Shown: one piece after another, positions 37,766 to 49,580 of the stretch | Layout: each line of letters begins with the position of its first letter | How positions within the stretch are numbered: position 1 is the first letter of the stretch | NCBI GenBank assembly: GCA_973895155.1 | Contig: OZ316891.1 | Coordinates: 25,729,899-25,793,898 of the forward strand | Length of the DNA stretch: 64,000 nucleotides | Origin: Marsupella aquatica | Lineage: Eukaryota > Plantae > Marchantiophyta | Direction of reading: 5' to 3' | The notes under the pieces: model-generated | Database searches by the model: none | What the model saw: the letters and a program-made list of their open reading frames with translations, nothing else | What the model was told of the DNA's origin: nothing | Position numbers and translations under genes: made by a program

Positions 37766-40488
37766 TGTTTATTTTGTAGATTTTGTACTTCATGGAAGAA
37801 AACGCCCATAACACGCTGTGCAAGGGCATTTTGATATTCGTCTTAAACTACCTTGCATGAAATTTGAGTTTGTGTATTGAAATGAAGAAAAGAGACATAG
37901 AATAAAAACTAGCACTAAACTGGAACCCCTGGTAAAGCTCAGATTGAGGTAAACACCAGATAAAGATCACAAAGATGATCTACCGCCCCAGGTGCGTATG
38001 ACGGCAGAAATGGCATGGTTCCCGTGAATAGGTGCCAGCGGACAGAGACTGGCAGCTGATTTTCATTGCTCTCTCACGTTCCACTATCTTTACTATTCTA
38101 GTTTGCCAATGCCGAAGAATGACACTGATCACAGCCGAGGTTCAGATGACTCAACAATCAGAAGCCTGCAATGGTCGGCAGTTGGACCCAAAACTGTAGT
38201 TACATGGAGACCTCCTTGAAGAGTGGACTCTGGAGGAATGAATTGAGACTCTTCTTCCTCAGTCAGTAGCTCGAGATCCATCTTTTCCCGACTGTCCAGC
38301 TAATTTGCATTGCTTGAGAGCAGGTAAACATGTTATTATATAATTTGATAATCGAATGAGTGAACAGTGGCCTATCATCCAAACAGTAAAATTATCCAAA
38401 AATATGAACACGACCCAACCAATTTCTACTACAAAATAAGAAATCTCACAAATTCGGAATGCTCAGTTCCGAGATAAATCGCAAAACGGCTGTGACTTTG
38501 GAAATCCGAAGCACAGCTTTCTTTGTGTATGTTAATAACTTCACTTTGTATTTGCATGATTTATATCAGTGTGCAAAAGAACGATAAGTGCTAAACCGGA
38601 AACAAAATCCCGAAGGAAGGAGATTCAATAAAGGGGAGAATCAAGGGAGAGTGCAAATTAACAAAAACTGTCAAACCGGAAACAAGAACCGAACAGCAGG
38701 AGACCCAATAAAGAGGAGAAAACAAGGGAAAACTGGCATGATAGATATCTTTAGATAACTCAGGGAACTCAGCACAGGGAACTCGCACAGAAAACTCCTA
38801 CAGCAATCTAATTCTTACTTTCTTTTGATAGTGAAAGTCCTTTGCGGCATTATTTCTATAATTTTCATCATGTTGATAATGTGGTCTGGATGCGATCACC
38901 GTGATGCATATTTCCTGAAAATTCAATCGCCCATGTTCAAGAGAGTGTCAACAAGCAGTAGAATAATTGTCCAGAAAAAGCAGCTGCAGTAGGGTGTATC
39001 CTGTAAACATTCACATGCAGGTCTACTTCCCTACTACAGTATATTGAACTGAACAAAAGATAAACTACAAATTACATTACGCGTCATTGGTGGTACTGCG
39101 GTAGATTTCATGCACAAGTACATAAGCAACTTCTCCAGGGAACACCCTTTAGGGTGACGGGCACGAATTAGAAAATATTGCACAGCGTCAGGGGGACAGA
39201 GCACCCTATGTTGCAATGTGCTTGACCTCTGTTCGTCCCAGTTAGCCCTTGCCCGGTAAGGAGCTCGGACAACAGCTCTACCACAAAACTTTTGGTGCTA
39301 TAGATCGGTGAAACGTTTAGCTTGCAAATCGACATGTGCAAGAGTTGACATAAGGTCTGACACCTCAACCAGTGGTGGTGGTCGAAGGAAGAAGCTGGAA
39401 TGAATAATATTAAATCTGGCTTCATCTGCTGTCTAGTCCGCCACCATTTTCATTCACAATACTGCTATCAGAAATTTACACTCGAAACGAACAAGTTTTG
39501 ACTGATGAGTATTATTGGGTGTCATCTGATCCAATCACGGCACTAAGTTTTTCTAACGGCACTAAACGGCACAAAGGGTCACAGGCAGAAGCCCGCAGTC
39601 ACTCCATCCAAGTCAGACAACTAACTGCAATAATTCACTTCCGAAAGGCCCTTTAGTGGGTACAAGGCCACATTTTCTTATATCAACCCACTGCTCTGTT
39701 CAAGTGGAACTTGGTGACCTATTTCACATCCTGTTTCCAGTCTATGTGTTCAAAGTTGACAAGTGTAAATGTGTACAACAGAGGTGGTGAAATATTCAGG
39801 ACCTGGCGTGCCTGGTGGGGAGCATTTCACAGGAAATGATCAGAAGGCTAACTACAAAAATAAGGAAGCCCATTGCAACTGCCCATCGATCTGTTTCACC
39901 TGGTGTGGAAATATGAGCGTTCTGAATCAAAGTACTTCTACATACAGAACTGCGAAATTAGGATGCAGCCAATTTACCTCGCGTCGAGAGAAACAAATCT
40001 CTAGAGGAGAAAATCTCAAAGGATAAGATGAAGGATGGAGATGGCCCGCAACGACCATCACTGGTAAGCCTCACGCGGACAGGACCAAACAAGAACATGC
40101 CGGCTAATACGATGTCATTTCAATGGGATTAAAGATATGCCCAAGAATGCTTTCAGACCTAGCCTTACTATCAGCTCAGAGTATGGAAAGTTGAGCTCAA
40201 ATTCCCTCGCATACATCGTCTCAAAGTGAACCAAACCACATCCAGTCCGTTCTGACTGAACTGTTCAAGTCCATCGCTACACAACAAATCATGATGTTCG
40301 GGCAAGCTTGTCAAGCAGTCGACTTCCGTATAAGATTTCCATTACTGTGCTTTGGCAGATGTCCATATTACCTTCAGCTCCGCGTGGGTAAAATTTAAAA
40401 ACTGCGGGGGTAATTCAGTTTAGTTGCACCGCGCCAAGAACCAACCCCTTTCTGTAGTGAATTGTCATCGGAACTTTCCCCAGAATCT

Positions 40489-40758
40489 TTAATACACTTT
40501 GTCCTCTGAGAAAGATGGAGTACCAGCGTTGAACACTTGGCTTAAACTGTCCTCTGCCACCCGATTCTCCGCTGCCACCCTGGCCTTTATTTGTTCCTGC
40601 TTGGCTCTCTCACAATTGGATAGGCCAACCCAAATGTCAAGCATAGCTCCGGTTGAACCATAAAATACTAACGGGGCGAAGGATTTCTTCTTGATCCCTA
40701 GTGGAACAGCTACTCCAGCTCCCAAAACAGAAAATATCCAAGACCTGCACCGGCACAT
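40489..40758 (-). CDS. Small conserved plant membrane protein of unknown function (main coding exon; N-terminus uncertain)
   Basis: WIFSVLGAGVAVPLGIKKKSFAPLVFYGSTGAMLDIWVGLSNCER recalls a conserved ~90-aa plant family with two hydrophobic segments. The ATG directly follows a polypyrimidine-TTAG acceptor, so upstream exon(s) probably lie in 41000-42500. Confidence 0.75.
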   Translation of the reverse strand: MCRCRSWIFSVLGAGVAVPLGIKKKSFAPLVFYGSTGAMLDIWVGLSNCERAKQEQIKARVAAENRVAEDSLSQVFNAGTPSFSEDKVY

Positions 40759-42529
40759 CTAAAAAAGTGAGACAAATCGACGAGGCAATCGAAACTGGTG
40801 AGAACCAGCTGAGCAGATCAATCCGAAAACAAAACAACAGATTCACCATCAATTATGAACATATACACCATCTCTACGAAAACGGAAACAGTGGGTATTC
40901 ACCCGTAGAGGGAGCAATCATCGATATCAACATCCGCCTGCTTCTGATTTGCCATCGTTAACGGTCGATAGTCTCCACAGGCCAGTAAAATCGTCCACAG
41001 CGCCTTATCGCTCACCGAGTGAACACCTCATATGACCGTTCAACCTGGCATAAACATTCAAGAATTAAAACTTCCATTACCAAATCTGGAAGTTAGAGAA
41101 AAGGGCAACAGCATACATGTCTGCCAGAGGACAAGAGCTCAACTTGGGCTTAATCCAAGCGCATTCCTAAAAATCTAAGAGTCAGTCCGAAGGGCTACTC
41201 TGCCTGGGCCGCCAAAACTGACGAGATTCGAACCACAAATACTTTCCAGAAGTCTATTTCTTATGTCGTGAGCTGGGGAGCATTTCTGTCAGGAAAAAAT
41301 TAGAGTGTTTGTATTTAAATATCCATGGACTTCGTCATTCATACAAGTTTCATCACCCAGAAATGCTGAAGCCCCCAATGTATTCTTGGCTTGACAGAGG
41401 ACGTGCAAATGACTGAGGGTCTTTCCATCACACAATGTGACCTCCGACGATCAGACGAATTTGAGCCGTACACGAAAGACTTACTAATTAAAGGGCGGAG
41501 GAAAAGTTTTGCAACAGGAGGCATCTCCAGGCACCCTGCTACAGAGAATCATGAGCAGTTCAGCTTAAATCCATCATTCTAAACCTAAACTTAATACTGC
41601 CAAAATTTCCTCCATATTTCACGAACAGAGACACAACGATTGAAGAAGGACAAGATCTACCCTCATAACAAGTCTTCGTGCTGGACGATCATAAAGGGAA
41701 CCCAGCATAATCAGGCCCAACGCAATGGGCATGTTCTAAACGACTCGGACGTGGAACCCTTGCACCGCAGACGTTTGCGCAAAACCGTGAACATTGTTCA
41801 GCTTTCAGACCGAAACAGGACAGGGTACGCTCTTCTCTCAAAAAAGAATAGGATGTTGGTATTATTATCTTCATGTAATGGTCATAAATACAATTATACG
41901 CATTCAGAGGTACCCTGCCCTGGCCCCGGGGAGATTCGTCTTCAAGAGCATTAGGGCACCGTTTTTATGGCCTAAACGACAACGTAAATCGCGTCGTACT
42001 TCAGAAGCGTGAGTCCTGATCACAAGCGGGGGCCAACACATCGTACGCTCTTATTTGGAAAAAAACAATCGAAAAAACATCCTTGTAAAAATATAGTCAA
42101 CACTTTCATCAGTCAAGGCAATGATACTATCTTCAAGCAAGGCATAGTACCCATGCACCTCACCCAACTACTGCCAAGCTCTAGTCAATACTCCACGAAG
42201 TCACGGAAATTGAAGCCATTGCAGCTCGCAAAGATATAAATTATCTGCCATCTCACTGAAACACAGATGCAAACCCTAGATTCCAACGGATCAATGTGAA
42301 CGTCTAACGATCAAGTGTATCAGAAGACGACGAGATATCAAAGATTCGGAAGGAACGAACATAAGAGTCGAGAGGCAAGCTTCCAGTCGCGCATAAGAGC
42401 TTTTAAAATTATCCGTGCCCTTTCCATCGCTCAAGCAAGACTTGACCCAGAACTCTCCCAAGACAGACGACAGGACCAGCCTCAGACAAACGACATTTAT
42501 TGTGCTTCACTGACCTTGTCTTATCGGGT

Positions 42530-43380
42530 AGCCAAGAGCGTTCCCCGCTTGGCTACCCGATAGGGCCAAGCGGGGAAGCCTTAAAACATTGTATGACATT
42601 TTCGGTCTTCAAGGCATATCCAGATATTCATCTGGCATATCAGGGCTTACAACATTTAGGGGCTGGGATCAAGAGCCCAAAGGAGCGAGCAGCCATCACG
42701 AAGTTTCTCTTCGACCAGTGAGGGGGGAAGGAGTATTGACAAGAGGGTTGGTTCCAGTGCATAGTTGGGCAGGGAACCCTTCCTTTGACTGCCGCCCTTC
42801 TACAGAATAGCGTCCACAAGTCAACAGGGTGATTGGTTCCATAAAAGCAACCCTAACCCACTGATGTCTGCGGACTTGAAGCCTAGGAATCATCACCACA
42901 CCCACTCTACAGAAATGGGAGTGAACGTGCTCACATCTGCCACCCTGTCGATAGTCCAGCACAAGATTGCTTCCAAGATACGCACCGCAAAAGATCTCAT
43001 TCAAGAAGAACCAGTACTAGCCAAAATCACATCAACGAAGACAAAAGAAGCAGGGGCTCAAGGTAGTCAACAAAAATGGGGATTGAGGATAGAGAAACCG
43101 AGCAGTAATGTCCCTCCCACCTAGAACTAAAGCAGGGAGCCAGGATTTTGACCGTTGGCGCGACGAAGAACACAGGACAGAGGATTGGAGAAAAGCGATT
43201 TCGGGTAAATACCTTCCTCCAAACCACAACCGAAGAGAGGAGCCGTCAGCTGGAGCGCGAAGAGGAGATCGGACATCACGAGATGCGCACTTTGCCGGCA
43301 CCGATCGATTCACTGCAGCTCGGCGAGCCGAAGGTGGTGGTGCACTCTCCACCATAGTTGTGGCCACCCGAGACTTTCAC
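42530..43380 (-). mobile_element. Possible decayed L1-type LINE ORF1 fragment
   Basis: Stop- and frameshift-riddled coding-like sequence with a GC-rich 5' part; only weak motif resemblance. Confidence 0.3.
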
Positions 43381-43487
43381 AGCTTCCTCCTGGCTGTGAC
43401 CCAAGTAAGGGCTAACACCCGTACAGTATTTTATGGAAATACTACTAAGGGCACTACGGGTCATATTATGGAGTCTCAAGCTCAATT

Positions 43488-43606
43488 TGATGTACCTTGC
43501 TAGGTATGGGTTATGGACAAAAAAAGTACTTGATGTCACACTGGATGATGTACCTTGCTAGATATGGGTTATGAACAAAAAAAGTACTTGATGTCACACT
43601 GGATGG
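43488..43606. repeat. 58-bp tandem duplication
   Basis: TGATGTACCTTGCTAG.TATGGGTTATG.ACAAAAAAAGTACTTGATGTCACACTGGA at 43488 and 43546. Confidence 0.9.
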
Positions 43607-44699
43607 ATGTAGAAGAATATTTTTTTGTCACATTTGCTAGGAAAGATGAGGATCTCCGTCCATTTGGGATAGTTTTAGTTCCTTTGGTTTTTAGTGGTTT
43701 TTTTTTGCTCACTTCTTTTGCATTTGTTTTTGTGAGCTTGGGACCTCTCTTGTTTATTCTTTTGGACTCTGTTTGACACTTTTTTGTAAAAAATATGTAT
43801 ATATTTTTAATTTGATATACTTTAACTTGCTAGTTATGGGTTCCGGGGGGATTCAGGTTCGGGGGTGGTTCGGGGGCGCTCTTGGGGGGGGGGGGGTTTC
43901 AGGGGGTCGGGGGGGCGGTCCGTGGGGGAAGTTCGGATTCGGGTCTGGGCGGGGAGAGGCGGTCCGGGGAGAGGCGGTCCGGGGAGAGGCTTCGGGTTCA
44001 GGTGAGTTTGGGAGAATCTTATCGAATATCCGACAATTGGTTGTTTTTGGGCTGTCATTTGACAATTTGACGTGCCCGGCAATGCGTCAAGGTGCCCGTC
44101 AGGTAAAACCGGGATTTGTGGTGATTTTTAGAGTCATTTGCACTATCATTTTCAATGCCAAAAAACAAAAGTAATAAGGCCCAAAGACATAGTGAAACGC
44201 ATGACACGGACGGACTTTGATGGCAAGGTGTTGGGCGAGGGGCACACTGGCAATGTAGGGCATCCCCTCGAAGGGCTCCAGTCGTGCACGGGTGGGGAGG
44301 GAGGGGGCTGCGAGCGAGTGGAGTGATGGTGAAATGGGGAAAAGGGAGAGGTTAAGGTTTAAAAGGAACATAAGAGGAAAAAGGTTAAAAAAGGGGAAAA
44401 AAAGCACCTCTCATTATACTTTTGTGGTTGTCATAGCCAGTGGTTTGTGCAATGACATCTTTTATTCAAAGAATTTTTTTGTGCAAGGAGAAAAAAGAAA
44501 AAGGGAACTTTTGTGGCTGCCATGGCCAGTATTTTGCACAATGATATCTTTCACTCAACAAAAAGTTTTGTGCAATTTTTTATTCAATGATATCTTTTGC
44601 ACCATGAGCTATTTCTCAACAACATCTTTAACCAAACAACATCTTTTATACAACGCACGGGGATTGAAAGGATAGCGATAGAATGGTCATCTTTGCTAA

Positions 44700-45584
44700 A
44701 CCCTAAAACCTTAAACCTGAAACCGATAATATAACATTGTGCCAATGTATAGAGTGGTCGCCATTCAAATGCAAGGGCATTTTGGGTAAAAAAACAAACA
44801 AAGAAAAAGACTTGCTCCTTCTCTCCTTGACTTTTTACTTCATAATATCTTTCACATAATGACAACTTGGATGAAACGACACCTTTTTTTTTCTTTATAA
44901 CATCTTTTACTTCACGATATCTTTGGCAAAATGACACATTTTTTTATCAACATCTTTCACATAATGGCATCTTTGGCAAAATGACTTCTTTGGCAAAATG
45001 ACTTCAAAGACATATTTTGTGCAATGCACGGGTATTTTCCCTCAACGATGTCTTGGCTGACACGCCATTTTTTCCCTCAATGATGTCTTTGCCGACATGA
45101 CATATTTTTTCTCAACGACATCTTGGCTGACATGACAATTTTTTTCTTGACAACATCTTGGTTGACATGACATCTTTTTTCTCAACGACTTCTTGGTCAA
45201 GACGACATATTTTTTCTCAACGACCTCTTGCCCGACATGACATATTTTTTTCTCAAGGACTTCTTTTCTCTCAACGACCTCTTGGCCATCTTTTTTTCTC
45301 AACGACTTCTTTTCTCTCAACGACCTCTTGGCCGACACTACATCTTTTCTTTCCACGACCTCTTGGCCGACACAACATCTTTTCTCTCCACGACCGCTTG
45401 GCCGACACAACATCTTTTCTCTCCACGACCTCTTGGCCGACACAACATCTTTTCTCTCCACGACCTCTTGGCCGACACTACATCTTTTCTCTCAACGACC
45501 TCTTGGCTGACACGACATCTTTTTTTCTCAACGACATCTTGGCCGACATGACTTCTTTTGTGCAATGCACGGGAATTGAGCTAG
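44700..45584 (+). mobile_element. Non-autonomous Helitron-like element (3' end defined, 5' end approximate)
   Basis: 3' terminus TGTGCAATGCACGGGAATTGAGCTAG|T, i.e. short hairpin then CTAG (45581-45584) then T. Related hairpin copies at ~45018 and ~44648. Confidence 0.65.
45042..45556. repeat. Minisatellite, ~36-bp unit, about 13-14 copies
   Basis: Consensus approx. CTC(A/C)ACGACCTCTTGGCCGACAC(G/A/T)ACATCTTTT(T)CT; accounts for the repetitive ORFs in this interval. Confidence 0.92.
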
Positions 45585-48421
45585 TACATATCATAACATA
45601 TTCCTTTCTATCCTAAACTATAATACAAAGTTGCGCCTTTTTATGAAGTGGTCGTCATTTAAATTTGCAGTGTCCAAAAAATATTAATCATGTCAGAGAG
45701 AGAAAGAATAAAAATTATATTAAATTTAGTGTGCACAAAAAAAAACAAAAAATACATTACAAACAAACAGGGAATCAAATGGGAGACACTAAAGTAGGGA
45801 GCCAATGCTAGAACCAATGGGGCACACAAAACAAGAGAGTAAATGTACATGCATGAGTATCAAGTGGTATCCACATGAAATACAAAAGTACATAATATAT
45901 ATGATATTATATATTATTGCAAGTATTACACTATTGCAAAATATAATAATAATAGTAATTTAATTAAAATAGGTTAATTAAAAATAGGTTAGATTACAAA
46001 GACGATATCAAAAGCTATAATAAAATGTTACTTTTTTTATTATAGTAGTCATTCAAATCTGCAATATCCTAAAAATGAAAAACATGAAAGAATTATTTCT
46101 TTTGTGAATGAAAATGGAGAGCAATGTTTCCAAGCACAAAATGAATTTAATAGTACAAAAAAAATAAGGAGGGTCTCTAGCAATGCAAGAGTAACAAGGA
46201 GACCTCCCTTTATCATGTACCACTATAATCCTGATCCTGTCCCTTTACAAACTAAAAAAAGTGACAATCAATCTTGAATGTTTATCAAAACATAAAATTT
46301 TCCACACTTTGAGATCTATCCATACACCCCTTCTAAAAATAAGTTCCTGCCCAAGCTACCCTTTAACCTTCCCATACCTGCCACAATTGAAAAAATTAAT
46401 CAACAATTTATTAAATTTATTAATAAATTAAAAATTCTAATTTTCTTGAAATAATTTCAAATATAAATAAAATATAGATAAAATATTTTCTCATCTTGAC
46501 ATCTTTTATTCATATTAAGATCTTCTCACTTCAAGATCTTTGCTCTCGTGGAAAAAGGGGGCGCGGAGGCCATCAATAACACGCAAGGGGACGAAAGCCA
46601 CCCAGGAACAAAAGCAACAGGCCCCAATTCCCGGGGCCCAACAGGCAGGAAAAGCAAAGTAACACCGCCCGAACTGGCACCCAACCCCAACCCCCACAAG
46701 CCCAAACAAGGGGGGCCAAGAGCACCTCAAACTCTCCTCCACACTATTCTCTCCTTAAGCCTTTGGTAAATCCTATTCTGATCAGGGTTCTGCTGTCTAC
46801 CTTTCTATCTGTTCCAACTCTCCTGTGTGTTGTTCATTTGGTCAAGCGTGATCAATTTCTCATTCATCGTTGTCATGTTGGGTCATGGGAATTGGGCTTT
46901 CAGTCTGAGCCCAGGGCTGGAGCACAACACTCAGTTGCTGGAGTGTATTACTAAGTTGTCTGCCTTTCTTCTCATAGTGGCAATTGTCAATCATGACCCA
47001 CAGGTGTGCTTCGGGAAGTCGCCCCAAGCACTGGGAGTAAGTCGTCGATTTGCACTCATGCCAAATGTTAGGTTTGCATTGATAAATTGAACTTGGGTGC
47101 ATGCCTCTATCTCCTGTCTTTCTGAACAAGATGAGATTGCGCCACAAATATTTACATCCGTACCCGTGATTTGGGGTCTATCAATCTCCAAATTTAATCA
47201 CATCTTAGCATAGTGCCTTGCTATTCAATGTACAAGCAGAATCAAGGATGACACTTGCACATTGCCAAGGAGTCCAAAATCTACGGGAGACTCAGGCGGC
47301 AAAGTTTCAATCATTTCCTTTCTAACAAACATAATAAGAATTCCTTATTTCCTCTAGGCTTTGAAAGGAAAACTGAGCTCAAAGTTCACATCTATAAGAG
47401 TTAGCCCGGTTTTCCTTCCTGCAGCAACAATTGAATTATTCCCTTTGAATGGTACCACGAAAAAGATAAAGACTCATTGACAGGTTGCAAGTATCTGTTC
47501 CGAGTGAAGAGTCCCCTGTGAACTACACAACAAAGTCTGAGATACCAGTCTTCCCGGCTAGCTAGGCATGCCCGGCTAGCTAGGCATGCACTGCTGCCTC
47601 TGACCTACATTGGTGATCCTCATCCTTGACCTTTTAACAAAGAGCATTTATTTGCCAAGTTAGCAACATTATTGGATCACACAGAACATTTCGTATGCTG
47701 ATTCCAAAGGCATTGACGAATTCCTCATTGTCCTTGGAACAAACCAGCTTAGGTATAATGGACACCATCGCTTCCTCATTCTCAAAACCTGCTCAGTAGA
47801 CATGGAGGTCAACACGTTGGCTGGTCTTTGTTTGGTGATAATAAAACCGTGTTGCCGTTCAACTGTTGTTGAAAGCCTTGGGCCAGGCAGAGAGGTGTGA
47901 TCCCAATGGTTCCCTTGGGAGGAATTGATGAAATGGAGAAGTTTGTAAGTTATAAATATGCCTCCTTTCACCCATGGGTAAGAAAAACACGAGGGAGTTT
48001 CTTCACAATTTTGAACTCCTCTCGCCCGCGCGACGTGGTCAGCAGTGTCACAGACATGGTACAGGACCTGCCGGCAGTAAACTCATGGGCGCGGAGTGAC
48101 CATAGTTTCCCAAAACAGGGAGCCCATCATGGTTGAAAGGACTTTTCATGATGGATTGTATTTTCTTCTCAGAGATTAGTGTATTACAAGATCTGTATGT
48201 GTTACAAATGAAAGCTATTGGCAGACGATTTAGGGAGACTTGCATATCTCACTTGCTCAACGTCCGCGACGACGACGTTGAGCAACTTACAAACCTGAGC
48301 TTTTGTCTTTGGAACATGATGTATGTGATTTTTCTATCTACTCCGCTTGGCTTTAGTTGATACAGTTTATTTTGGCGAGTCATCTCTCCCCAACCTCGAT
48401 GATTGTATTTATTGTTCTTGT

Positions 48422-48681
48422 TATCTCACATTGCCCTCTAACCAGTACATTATCTTATTCAAAAAACCTTTGTCCCTATTAGTGCACGATGGATCTTGAA
48501 AAATGAATGAGGACCCAATATGTATATCACACAATGCCAAATAAAGAAAAGACTCCCTAACCTGGAGACACTATCCCACAGACATGAGACCCAATGGGAA
48601 GGAGAAAACATCCAAAACTCAGAAACATCAAAAAGCCAAAAAGCCAAAAGAGCGAGAAAACCAGGGAACCCCAGGAAGATC
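48422..48681 (+). repeat. Dispersed ~260-bp repeat, copy 1
   Basis: Reverse complement of 61365-61627; shares TTAGTGCACGATGGATCTTGAAAAATGAATGAGGACCCA and CCCCAGGAAGATC. Confidence 0.88.
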
Positions 48682-49358
48682 AAATTCCCATAAAGCCCGC
48701 TTGTCCACCCAAGCAAAACTAAAACCCTATTGTGCACCCAAAATTTACTCTCCCCCAAGGTTTTGGTTTTGCAGGTTCCCAACAAGAGGGAGAAAACAAA
48801 GGAAAACCCAGGAAGATCAAAGTACACCTTAGCGGAATACAACGCTATTGAAACATTATTAGTGGGTCTCAAGTTTGATCCGCATGCATTCTCACAGTTG
48901 GGAGTTGAATTTCAGAGTTGGAGTTGGGGTTCAGACGGACTAGGTTGAAAATTGGGCAGAAAAATGTGCAGGGCTCTCTGAGCCTAGCCCACACACTTCT
49001 GTCATCTGACTTTTTCATTACCCTCTGGCCACTTCCTCCCACATCCTGGCTTTTACAGAAACCAAAGTAATTGGTCTGAGGCGCTGGTCAGAGGCCATGT
49101 GCAGGCAATGGCCCCATCCCCCTTAAGAGAGAAATGGATACATACTTGAGACCCAAGGATACATATTCGAGACCCGCTATTGAGGGCCCAAAATTCACTC
49201 TCGCTCCCAACGTTTCCCCACAAGAACTGTGGGGCGAGACCAGATACACTTTCCGTTCCGAACACCACGTTCCTCCAAAAAAAAAAACGTTTTGAAGGTG
49301 CTGGACCCGATCCACGGCACAGTGTGCATGCTTGCTTGCTTTGCTTGCCCATCGCTGC

Positions 49359-49580
49359 CCATCACTAGCTTTGGCACACCTCCTATTAGGACGTATTAGC
49401 TCGACAATAGGACGGAACACAACCGGCAGATTGAAATAGAGGTGACGGAGAGGAGCTGTTTTTGCTTGCCTATCACTTCCCATCACTAGCTTTGGCACAC
49501 CTCCTGTTAGTACGTAGTAGCTCCACAATAGGACGGAACACAACTGGCAGATTGAAAGAGAGGTGACGAAGAGGAGCTTT
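49359..49580. repeat. 120-bp period tandem duplication
   Basis: CCCATCACTAGCTTTGGCACACCTCCT..CAATAGGACGGAACACAAC.GGCAGATTGAAA.AGAGGTGACG at ~49359 and ~49479. Confidence 0.88.

Noticed and set aside
38765-38875. Possible minus-strand C/D snoRNA (ATGATGA...CTGA)
   Set aside because: The terminal stem is only 3 bp and I could not identify an rRNA or snRNA complementary guide.
44696-44725. Telomere-like AAACCCT repeats
   Set aside because: Only about four degenerate units; not an interstitial telomere array.
45042-45616. Several 60-152 aa ORFs on both strands
   Set aside because: They are by-products of a 36-bp minisatellite whose unit length is a multiple of three.
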